From Mogibacterium sp. (GTDB taxonomy: Bacteria; Bacillota; Clostridia; Peptostreptococcales; Anaerovoracaceae): DNA of 64,000 nt. Below, piece by piece: positions 28,693-36,265 of the stretch. Each line of letters opens with the position of its first letter. Within the stretch, counting starts at the first letter, position 1. A model generated the notes under the pieces. That model was not told where the DNA came from, did not search any database, and saw only the letters and a program-made list of their open reading frames with translations. Position numbers and translations under genes: made by a program. The stretch is taken from NCBI GenBank assembly GCA_017510725.1, contig JAFWMD010000049.1, positions 82,478 through 146,477 on the forward strand, given 5' to 3'.

Positions 28693-28800
28693 TTACCTGT
28701 TCATCCATCCCAGCAAAAGCGAAACGGCGATCAGCACAGCGATCGCCTTGAATACCTTAAAAAGAAGTTCCATCAGCATTTCTTTCTTTTTTTCATCCAT
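28693..28800 (-). CDS. 35-aa single-TM micro-protein
   Basis: Below the ORF-track size cutoff. ATG 28800 is preceded by a strong SD (TTAGGAGGATATTCATT-ATG). Hand translation: MDEKKKEMLMELLFKVFKAIAVLIAVSLLLGWMNR, with stop TAA at 28695..28693. Confidence 0.55.
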   Translation of the reverse strand: MDEKKKEMLMELLFKVFKAIAVLIAVSLLLGWMNR

Positions 28801-28836
28801 AATGAATATCCTCCTAAGATAAATTTCATTGAAAGA

Positions 28837-29271
28837 CTACCTTTCGGACTTTATTGGCCACTCTCCCGTGTCCATGTTTTTCACAGCATCGACGCTGCCG
28901 CTGCCGGTTAGATAGATCCGATACACAGTATCATCCTCCGCTGTTATATCAAGATAACTGTCTCCTCCATCCATTCCAGCCTCTGCACTTTTTATCTGTC
29001 CCGCGCCAATAGTATCAAGGGTTTTAAGTATAAAGCGGATGTTTCTGCTGCCTTCATCGATTCCAAGCGCTTCCGCTATGATTGCTCTGTTATTTTCACT
29101 CATCTCGCCAGTCTCCTCCATTGCATCGTTATCAGCAGGTATCTGTTCTTCAGTCCCGCTTACTGTTGTATCTGCTCCGGCAATACTGTCCTCTTCACCG
29201 CTGTAGTTGCTGCAAGCTGATAGCAGAAGGCACATTATTAGTATATATATGATTGCTATTTTGTTTTTCAT
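28837..29271 (-). CDS. Small lipoprotein; candidate immunity protein for the upstream HExxH effector
   Basis: Lipobox in MKNKIAIIYILIMCLLLSACSNYS. 144 aa, immediately downstream of 29311..30297 on the same strand. Confidence 0.7.
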   Translation of the reverse strand: MKNKIAIIYILIMCLLLSACSNYSGEEDSIAGADTTVSGTEEQIPADNDAMEETGEMSENNRAIIAEALGIDEGSRNIRFILKTLDTIGAGQIKSAEAGMDGGDSYLDITAEDDTVYRIYLTGSGSVDAVKNMDTGEWPIKSER

Positions 29272-29310
29272 TATAACACCATCTTTTCAATATCGCCTGC
29301 CATTTGGTTA

Positions 29311-30297
29311 TTATGCTAATCTGCCGAATCCGCCTGATGGGAAAACCCTGATTACCTGCGGCCCGCTGCTTACTCTGGAATTTCTGTTTACCTGGAAGTC
29401 TCTTGCATCGACCTCAACAGGCTGAGCACGATAGGCATCATAGTCCGTGTCTGAATTGATGTAATTATCAAAATTGTTTTTCCACGTATCTATCGTTTCC
29501 TTAGAAACCATGAATTGTGTAGGGTGATCGATCGCTTCGTGCTGATATGCGTGTCTGAGCTCGTGGCTGACTGTCTCGAGCAGATCATATGAATCCCAGT
29601 TACCCACACTGTCTGCGAGAGCTGCTTCATTCAGTGTAACAGTATGTGTGCCATGAGTATAGTATCCCCAGGTTATGCTCTTACTTGTATACTTCGCATC
29701 CGGATCCCAGTTGATATTCACATTCACATCCTTCAGGCCATATACCTTTATCACTTCATTCATGTAATCCTGAAGTATCTGCTTGCGCTCTTCTATCGAT
29801 GCCTTGTCCCAGTGCTCAGGAGAGTATTTTTCATCCTGAAGGATCTTCCACAGCTCCTTCTTCATCATGGCATCAGCAGCCTTCTCCTGCGCCCTTGTTG
29901 TAGTGTCGTACATGTCAGGATCTTTGTGCCTGAACCAGTCTACGATCTTTTCCCATAGATTTCTCTTATCCGTTCCCGGAAGTACCGGGAAAATATCGGC
30001 TATTGATATTATTATACCGCTCTTACCTGAAAGTATGGCTTTTTCGGCCCTTCTGTAGTAATTTGCGATCGTCTCAAGCGCGCTGCCCATTGAATCCATC
30101 TTGGCGGCTTTGGTCAGAACACTCTCTGACAGATTCATGATCGAAGCATTGATCATAGTATTATAAGCACTGTTGAAGAATCCCGCTTTCTTAACTGCTT
30201 CAATTTCTTTTCCAAGCCTGCTCAGTCTTACTGCAGTCTGGTGTATTTCCATCGAGTAGGAAATAATATTATTTGTATTTACATTGATATCTGTCAT
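29311..30297 (-). CDS. Candidate T7SS effector: N-terminal helical targeting domain plus C-terminal HExxH zincin-like domain
   Basis: The N-terminal ~95 aa are helical; ...SALETIANYYRRAEKAI resembles the Rhs N-terminus (...LQAIASHYEITEIAI) and 47575..47937. The C-terminal region carries LLETVSHELRHAYQHEAIDHP. Confidence 0.7.
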   Translation of the reverse strand: MTDINVNTNNIISYSMEIHQTAVRLSRLGKEIEAVKKAGFFNSAYNTMINASIMNLSESVLTKAAKMDSMGSALETIANYYRRAEKAILSGKSGIIISIADIFPVLPGTDKRNLWEKIVDWFRHKDPDMYDTTTRAQEKAADAMMKKELWKILQDEKYSPEHWDKASIEERKQILQDYMNEVIKVYGLKDVNVNINWDPDAKYTSKSITWGYYTHGTHTVTLNEAALADSVGNWDSYDLLETVSHELRHAYQHEAIDHPTQFMVSKETIDTWKNNFDNYINSDTDYDAYRAQPVEVDARDFQVNRNSRVSSGPQVIRVFPSGGFGRLA

Positions 30298-30308
30298 TTT
30301 GTCACCTC

Positions 30309-30950
30309 TTATACTTCAGGGCTGTCACTTATCTGATCTTCATATATGTCTGTGTCATGCTCACCGGCAGCGATGTTTTCAAGCATCCATATTGTTGCGG
30401 TATTGATCAGGCTGCTTACATCCGGCTGATCCTCCGCGCCGTCTGGCAGGCTGATCTCTGAGATCAATGATCTATCCTTATCCCAGGCTCTTCCGCTTAT
30501 TTTTAAGCACTTGTTTATATCATGCTCCGGTGTAATGGATCCAAGCGCATATGTAAATGCTCCTACAACGAGGTCCAGCCTCGGCAGCAGTTCGATCGTA
30601 TATTTGCCCGGATCATCTGCTTTTGTTATGTTCTTATCGTCTATTACACACAGATAGTATGCATTCCTTATATATACAGTCAGTCCTGCGCTGTTTAATT
30701 CATTATCTATCCTGATTTGCTGCTCAGGTTCTATCATCATGTTCAGCAGGTGATGTGCAAGAGCTCCAAGGTGTATGTTCCCGTCAGTGGATTCGAGAAA
30801 CTCCGCTTCTGCCAGCTCCCTTATCACGCTTTCTTCCTCATCTTCTGTCAGGTCATTTAGTATGTCATTATCTATATCCTCGAACCCTATGAGTTCACCC
30901 TTTCCGTATTTCATCCTGCACAGTGCGATTGCTCTTTGCGATAAATTCAT
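30309..30950 (-). CDS. Acidic cytoplasmic protein, candidate effector chaperone/adaptor
   Basis: 213 aa with no TM or signal peptide, Asp/Glu-rich. First gene of the effector-lipoprotein unit. Good SD (GAGGTGA) upstream of ATG 30950. No family recognised. Confidence 0.6.
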   Translation of the reverse strand: MNLSQRAIALCRMKYGKGELIGFEDIDNDILNDLTEDEEESVIRELAEAEFLESTDGNIHLGALAHHLLNMMIEPEQQIRIDNELNSAGLTVYIRNAYYLCVIDDKNITKADDPGKYTIELLPRLDLVVGAFTYALGSITPEHDINKCLKISGRAWDKDRSLISEISLPDGAEDQPDVSSLINTATIWMLENIAAGEHDTDIYEDQISDSPEV

Positions 30951-30996
30951 ATCCGGTCACCTCGCTTTTTTCATATTGCTCTGATCTGTTATCAAT

Positions 30997-31070
30997 ATCG
31001 TAGCATACAGATTTCGCAATTCTCCTGTATTCCCTTAACATGCAGATATACCGCCCTGAAATGCATATAG
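30997..31070 (-). promoter_or_regulatory. Candidate regulated promoter of the effector unit: 31-bp phased-repeat element plus extended -10
   Basis: Plus-strand 31040-31070 ATGCAGATATACCGCCCTGAAATGCATATAG has ATGCA cores 21 nt apart. 37 nt further on in minus-strand reading is TGCTACGAT (31005-30997). Confidence 0.5.
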
Positions 31071-31073
31071 GTG

Positions 31074-31082
31074 TGCTATCAT
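31074..31082 (+). promoter_or_regulatory. Extended -10 box (TGcTATCAT) for kinase K6, abutting the phased-repeat element
   Basis: TG at 31074-31075 and TATCAT at 31077-31082, about 50 nt upstream of ATG 31134. Confidence 0.4.
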
Positions 31083-31133
31083 ATGAACAGCAGATTTTTC
31101 ATTTTGAAGTTTTGACAGTTCAATTAACAGTAT

Positions 31134-33005
31134 ATGGATGTAGGAAATTACTGGAGAGAGTGGGAAATAACAGAACTTGTCGGTGCCGGATCGTACGGCA
31201 AAGTCTTTAAGATAAGGCGTACCGGCATAAACAATTTTGTTGAAGAGTCCGCTCTTAAAGTCATACGAATACCGCAGAATGCATCTGACTATCAGTCTGC
31301 ATTGAGTGAGGGCATGGATGACGAGAGTGTCAGCGCTTATTTTGAGAGCATAGTAAACGAGCTTTCCAATGAATTTGCACTGATGTCACGCCTTAAGGGC
31401 AACACTAACATAGTAAGTTTCGAAGACTATGAAGTTGTCCGTGTTCCTGACGATTTCGGTTGGGAGATATTCATCCGGATGGAGTTTCTCACTCCACTGA
31501 CATCATACATAGCGAACAAAGAAATTACGGTTAAGGATGTAGCCAGAATCGGCATAGATATATGCAAGGCTCTCGAGGTATGTGAGAAAGAAAAAATAAT
31601 CCACCGCGACATCAAGCCCGAGAACATCTTCGTTTCTTCACGCGAAGATTTCAAGCTGGGAGACTTTGGCATAGCCAAGAAGCTTGAAAACACTTCGGTA
31701 AGCCTTACGAAAAAAGGTACCCTTTCATACATGGCACCTGAAGTATACAAAGGCCAGCCATACACTGCTTCTGTTGATATATACTCGCTGGGAATAGTCC
31801 TCTACAGGCTGCTCAACTACAACAGGAATCCGTTTATGCCGCCTTACCCTGAGCGTATCCAGTATCACCACAGAGAAGAAGCAAGAGTGAGGCGGATGAG
31901 CGGTGAGCCTCTGCCTCCGCCGATCAGTGCACCGGAAGATTTTGCCCGTGTCATACTCAAGGCATGTGCCTACGATCCGGCCAACCGCTTTCCTGATGCG
32001 AGGAGCATGCGGCAAGCTATTGAATCTATCGTTTCTGAGGACGAAGAATCCCTCAAGCTGTATCTTGATCAATCGGCTGCTACCGAAACGACCAAGACTC
32101 TTCGTGAAACGGAAACTATAGCTATCAGCGATGCAGAGGTTCAAAAGCCTTCCGGTACGGGAAAGAAAAAACTGGCAATTGGCGGCGCAGTTCTGGCTGT
32201 CCTGCTCATTGTTGTCATCGCAATCTTTACAATGCCAGGTGATGATTCCGTGAGTGATGCCGCTCTGGGTAATACCGTATCCTGGGCAAATGATAAGATA
32301 ACGGGAGCAGCAGAAGATGCCGTACCGGAGCAGACAGCAGCGAAGCAGGATGAGTCAGCTGATGGAATTGAATATCCGGACTACAGCGGCAAAGTTATCA
32401 GGGTTACAAATTCTCAGGAGCTCAGAAATGCCGTACAAAGTCTCAGCGGCTCTTCTTCAGGAACAATAGAGATAGAACCCGGCGTCTATAATGATGGCAA
32501 GCCGCTGATAATAAACTCATCTGATATCAAACTCATGGGTGTCGGCGACAGCAAGCCTGTAATAGGATTCATGATCCAGGTCGATGCAAACAATGTAATG
32601 ATAGAGAATCTGAGCATCGAAATAAAGGATCCAAAATCGACTGCAACATCTGAAGAAACCGAAAACAACGGCATTCTCTGTCAGTCCCCGGGTGGAAAGA
32701 CATATATAAAGAATACTGACATTGACCTGAGTTACGATACGGACTACATCATTTATGGCGTCATGGTCTACAGTCCTGTTGTAATGTCAGGGTGCAGCGT
32801 AGATGTCAGCCATAGTGCGAACGGAAATGTCGCTGTTGGCGCTAACACCAAGTTCACTGCCAGCGGCAACACATTTATCTCCAACGATCTTGGAATGAGT
32901 GTATTTGGCGATTCGAGCGGAATGACTCAGGAAGACCTTCAGGAAATAGTAAATAATAATACATTCCAGGCTCCTACACGCATATCCGCAGCAACGACAT
33001 TCTGA
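31134..33005 (+). CDS. Hanks-type Ser/Thr protein kinase with extracellular right-handed beta-helix-like domain (K6)
   Basis: GAGSYGKVFK, ALKVIRIPQ, HRDIKPENIF, DFGIAK, YMAPE. TM (LAIGGAVLAVLLIVVIAIF). The ectodomain IRVTNSQELRNAVQSL..GTIEIEPGVYNDGKPLIINSSDIKLMG...VMIENLSIE... is typical of pectin-lyase-fold repeats. Confidence 0.88.
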   Translation: MDVGNYWREWEITELVGAGSYGKVFKIRRTGINNFVEESALKVIRIPQNASDYQSALSEGMDDESVSAYFESIVNELSNEFALMSRLKGNTNIVSFEDYEVVRVPDDFGWEIFIRMEFLTPLTSYIANKEITVKDVARIGIDICKALEVCEKEKIIHRDIKPENIFVSSREDFKLGDFGIAKKLENTSVSLTKKGTLSYMAPEVYKGQPYTASVDIYSLGIVLYRLLNYNRNPFMPPYPERIQYHHREEARVRRMSGEPLPPPISAPEDFARVILKACAYDPANRFPDARSMRQAIESIVSEDEESLKLYLDQSAATETTKTLRETETIAISDAEVQKPSGTGKKKLAIGGAVLAVLLIVVIAIFTMPGDDSVSDAALGNTVSWANDKITGAAEDAVPEQTAAKQDESADGIEYPDYSGKVIRVTNSQELRNAVQSLSGSSSGTIEIEPGVYNDGKPLIINSSDIKLMGVGDSKPVIGFMIQVDANNVMIENLSIEIKDPKSTATSEETENNGILCQSPGGKTYIKNTDIDLSYDTDYIIYGVMVYSPVVMSGCSVDVSHSANGNVAVGANTKFTASGNTFISNDLGMSVFGDSSGMTQEDLQEIVNNNTFQAPTRISAATTF

Positions 33006-33016
33006 TCAAACAAAAC

Positions 33017-33040
33017 AGAGGAGGGTACTTGCCCTCCTCT
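33017..33040. terminator. Bidirectional rho-independent terminator between convergent kinase genes
   Basis: Stem AGAGGAGGG (33017-33025) / CCCTCCTCT (33032-33040). ATCTTTT follows on the plus strand and GTTTTG on the minus strand. Confidence 0.75.
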
Positions 33041-33073
33041 ATCTTTTCACGTTTGTCAGTTGTGTATACAGCC

Positions 33074-35419
33074 TCATTCAATGTGTATGCTGTTCACGAT
33101 CTTCTCCTGCAGCAATTTATCCCGGTCTGTGTATATACCATTATCTTCATAATCTAATGTTACTCTGATCAGCGCCTTCTTTTTGTCAAGAGGGATATAT
33201 AGTGTATATATATGTCTGTCATTTTTGAGTACTCCTTTTCCAACAGTATCCAGCATGGTTCCTTCGCTGTACCAGCAATCTATACCATCGATTGTTATTT
33301 GTTCCTTGATTGCTCCTGTGTACCTGTCAGAATTATTCATTTTGAAAAGGTCGTAATCAGCTGATTTTTCCGCACCCTTTATATAGACATAGTCTTCATC
33401 TTTATACTCATCCACCACGATAGTCATGCTGCACCATTTACCGTAAGCCCATCTCTGAGAATCATATTCCTCATCCCAGCCTTTTGTCTCAAGGTCAGCC
33501 GGAAATGTGAGGCTGATTCCTGCTACATTCTCAGTAGTTTCCTTATACTCAGGCAATATGGCCTCCTTCCCGGGCTCAGCTGTTATCCTGATGCTTCTGA
33601 TCAACGCCTTGCAGACTTTTCTGTTCTCCTCATTGTCAGGGCCATAGAATGTGAACTCATCGATCCATTCTCCTCCGGCTACCGGGATCATAATGTGATA
33701 ATAGTAGGTATCAGAATCATAAATGAATTCCTGATAACAAGACTCCGTTCCGTCTATAACTATATTTCCCTGACTTAGAATATCATAACTTTTATTATCT
33801 TTATTAGGCGTATGGTATTCATTCACAAGTCCTTTAAGACCTTCTTTATAAAAAATCTCATAAGCAGATTCGTTCGAGTCCCGGTCCCAGCGGTATATAC
33901 AAAAAGTTGCTCCGTTTGTGGAATCATCCGAAGCCCAGTACCATCCCAGTGATTCATCTTCAGATTCGATATTACTTTCAGAGCTTTTCCATCCTGCAGG
34001 TAAATCAAAGCTAAGGCCGTGATCTCTTTGCGGCCACGTTGTCTCCCGCACCTCAGTCGTCTGTTCATCAGCAGTCTGTTCTTCTGCGGCCTTTTCTTCT
34101 GAGGACTGTTCTCCTGATACCATCTCTTCAGCCTTCTGCTGTCCGAGCATGTTGATCACGGATGCAATAAGAGTCAAGGCTACGGCTATAACTGCCAGAA
34201 CGACCCATTTAGGCTTTCTGTTATTCTTTTTCCGATCGCTGAATGCTTTGCTCCTGACTTTACCCCCTGAGCCATTACTGCCTGCATGCTCATCACCTGA
34301 TAAACCGGCTTCCGGCTCATCAGGACTACCTGCCAGCGTCTCGTCCATGACAGTAGGTTCCTGCTCCGTCGGGATATCAAACATACCTAGGGTTTCATCC
34401 AGACTGTCTTCTTTTACAAATACCCGGGATTCTTTTTCTTCAGCCGGTTTTGCAGTAGATACAGCCTGAGATGTTTCCTCAGCGCTTTTTACTTCTGCGG
34501 CTTTTGGCTTGCTGCTGTCTTTACAGCTATTCTCAAGAGCGTTGAGGTCATTGAGGAGTTCCCTCGCGGATTTATATCTGTCCTTTCTGTCATAGGCACA
34601 GGCTTTCAGTATGATGTCTTTCAGCCTGCGGCTTCCGTTGACAGGATCCGGAAGTGTTTCTCCTAAAAGCCTCCTGATATTTGCTGCCTGCACTTCTGAA
34701 GCCAGCGGCGTATCATCCGTTGGTACGAATGGATGCCTCCTTTTGTTGAGCAGCCAGTACATTACAAGCCCGAGCGAGTAAACATCTGCATCCATTCCGT
34801 ATTCTTTTCTGGCTTCTATTTCCGGAGCCATAAAAGTAGGCGTACCCTTGAGAGATGCCATTGTAGTATGGTCCATCTCCCTCGCTACGCCAAAATCTCC
34901 GAGCTTGTATACTCCTTCGTCTGAAACAAGGATGTTATCCGGTTTGATATCACGGTGAATTATGCCCTTTTCTTCACAGAAAACGAGCGCTGACGAAATA
35001 TCCTTTCCGAGCTTTATTACTTCTTCTTCCTTTAATTCCCTGCGCATCCTGTAGAGGGAGCTGAGCAGCTCCATCCTGATGCAGACATCCGAGCCCTCAT
35101 CATCTTCATGAGGCACTTCACGGCAGTCATCGCATCTCACTACGTTAGGGTTTTGCTTCAGCTGGGACATCAGCGCATATTCCCTGAAAATATCGCTGAT
35201 TATCGAACGGCACCATTTGCTGACATCATAATTTGAATTGCGCAGGGTCTCCAGCTCATCTTCACTGGATGGCACACTAATAATTTTGAGCGCAGCTTTC
35301 TCCGTAAACCCGTAAGCGTTGCGCTCAATCTCATATACGCTTCCGAACGATCCCTGTCCGATGCGCCTTATTATTTTCCAGTCTTTCCATGGATTGGTGA
35401 TATTGCTGAAATCTTTCAT
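33074..35419 (-). CDS. Hanks-type Ser/Thr protein kinase, single TM, large (~330 aa) unassigned ectodomain (K7)
   Basis: GQGSFGSVYE, ALKIISVPS, HRDIKPDNILV, DFGVAR, FMAPE. TM (WVVLAVIAVALTLIASVINML). Its start overlaps the PP2C stop by 4 nt. Confidence 0.9.
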   Translation of the reverse strand: MKDFSNITNPWKDWKIIRRIGQGSFGSVYEIERNAYGFTEKAALKIISVPSSEDELETLRNSNYDVSKWCRSIISDIFREYALMSQLKQNPNVVRCDDCREVPHEDDEGSDVCIRMELLSSLYRMRRELKEEEVIKLGKDISSALVFCEEKGIIHRDIKPDNILVSDEGVYKLGDFGVAREMDHTTMASLKGTPTFMAPEIEARKEYGMDADVYSLGLVMYWLLNKRRHPFVPTDDTPLASEVQAANIRRLLGETLPDPVNGSRRLKDIILKACAYDRKDRYKSARELLNDLNALENSCKDSSKPKAAEVKSAEETSQAVSTAKPAEEKESRVFVKEDSLDETLGMFDIPTEQEPTVMDETLAGSPDEPEAGLSGDEHAGSNGSGGKVRSKAFSDRKKNNRKPKWVVLAVIAVALTLIASVINMLGQQKAEEMVSGEQSSEEKAAEEQTADEQTTEVRETTWPQRDHGLSFDLPAGWKSSESNIESEDESLGWYWASDDSTNGATFCIYRWDRDSNESAYEIFYKEGLKGLVNEYHTPNKDNKSYDILSQGNIVIDGTESCYQEFIYDSDTYYYHIMIPVAGGEWIDEFTFYGPDNEENRKVCKALIRSIRITAEPGKEAILPEYKETTENVAGISLTFPADLETKGWDEEYDSQRWAYGKWCSMTIVVDEYKDEDYVYIKGAEKSADYDLFKMNNSDRYTGAIKEQITIDGIDCWYSEGTMLDTVGKGVLKNDRHIYTLYIPLDKKKALIRVTLDYEDNGIYTDRDKLLQEKIVNSIHIE

Positions 35420-36240
35420 TCTCCCTGATCAGCTGTAACTTTACAGATCAGTATCGTGACGTTGTCACGGCCGCCGTTCTTAAGAGCCTCGACCAGAAGC
35501 GCCTGTGCTTTTTCCTCTTCGTCCTCATCTCCCATGAGGATCTCAGTGATCTTCTCCGGTGTCACCATGTCCGTAAGTCCGTCGCTGCTAATGAGCAGTG
35601 TATCTCCGTCCTTCAAGCTGTCCCTGAATATTGCAGGGACGACTCTCATCTCTCTGCCGTCAATACCGAGGTAACGGGTCACATAAGGCTTTCTTCCCGT
35701 GATCCCATTGAGCTTCATGGTTTCTGCGTCAGTGTGGTCCACGGAGATCTGCTCGAGCTCTCCATCCCTGAGCCTGCTGCACTTGCTGTCTCCTGTATTG
35801 CAGCACCAGACATCTCCATCATAGAAGTAGCACCCCACCATCGTGGAGCCCATCTGATTTACAGCTCTCTCGCTGCTCTCGGCAAACACGGCATCATTGA
35901 GTATCAGAGTCATATCCGTGAGCATTTCCGCGACATCCGTATAGTCATCCGGAACATGCTCGTCGAGGAATTCATATGTCTTTATCGCTGCCGTATAAGA
36001 AGCTATTTCGCCATACTGACCCCCTCCCATGCCGTCAAAAACAGCAAAGAAACAACCGTCGTCTTCCCCGTGTCCCGAAACCCTGCGGGTACAGGTCAGC
36101 ACGTATTCAAGGCCGTTGTTATCAGAGTCCATGAGCTTGCCGTCAAAGTAGAAATTGTCTTCGTTGTTGGCACGGCGCAGGCCTCTGTTGCAGGCACATG
36201 CAGCTGAAATATTGTAATCACATGAGTTGAAAAGACTCAT
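35416..36240 (-). CDS. PP2C-family Ser/Thr phosphatase
   Basis: FAVFDGMGGGQYGEIAS, NTGDSKCSRL, LLISSDGLTDMV, GGRDNVTILICK. Confidence 0.9.
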   Translation of the reverse strand: MSLFNSCDYNISAACACNRGLRRANNEDNFYFDGKLMDSDNNGLEYVLTCTRRVSGHGEDDGCFFAVFDGMGGGQYGEIASYTAAIKTYEFLDEHVPDDYTDVAEMLTDMTLILNDAVFAESSERAVNQMGSTMVGCYFYDGDVWCCNTGDSKCSRLRDGELEQISVDHTDAETMKLNGITGRKPYVTRYLGIDGREMRVVPAIFRDSLKDGDTLLISSDGLTDMVTPEKITEILMGDEDEEEKAQALLVEALKNGGRDNVTILICKVTADQGE

Positions 36241-36265
36241 TTAATTAACTCTCCTTGTAAAAAAC

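Noticed and set aside
18504-35419. Assigning one of the single-TM kinases (K4, K5 or K7) outright as EssB/YukC.
   Set aside because: EssB is a pseudokinase, whereas all of these retain intact HRD, DFG and APE motifs. Only the shared topology is noted as a hypothesis. No sequence-level EssB signature was recognised.
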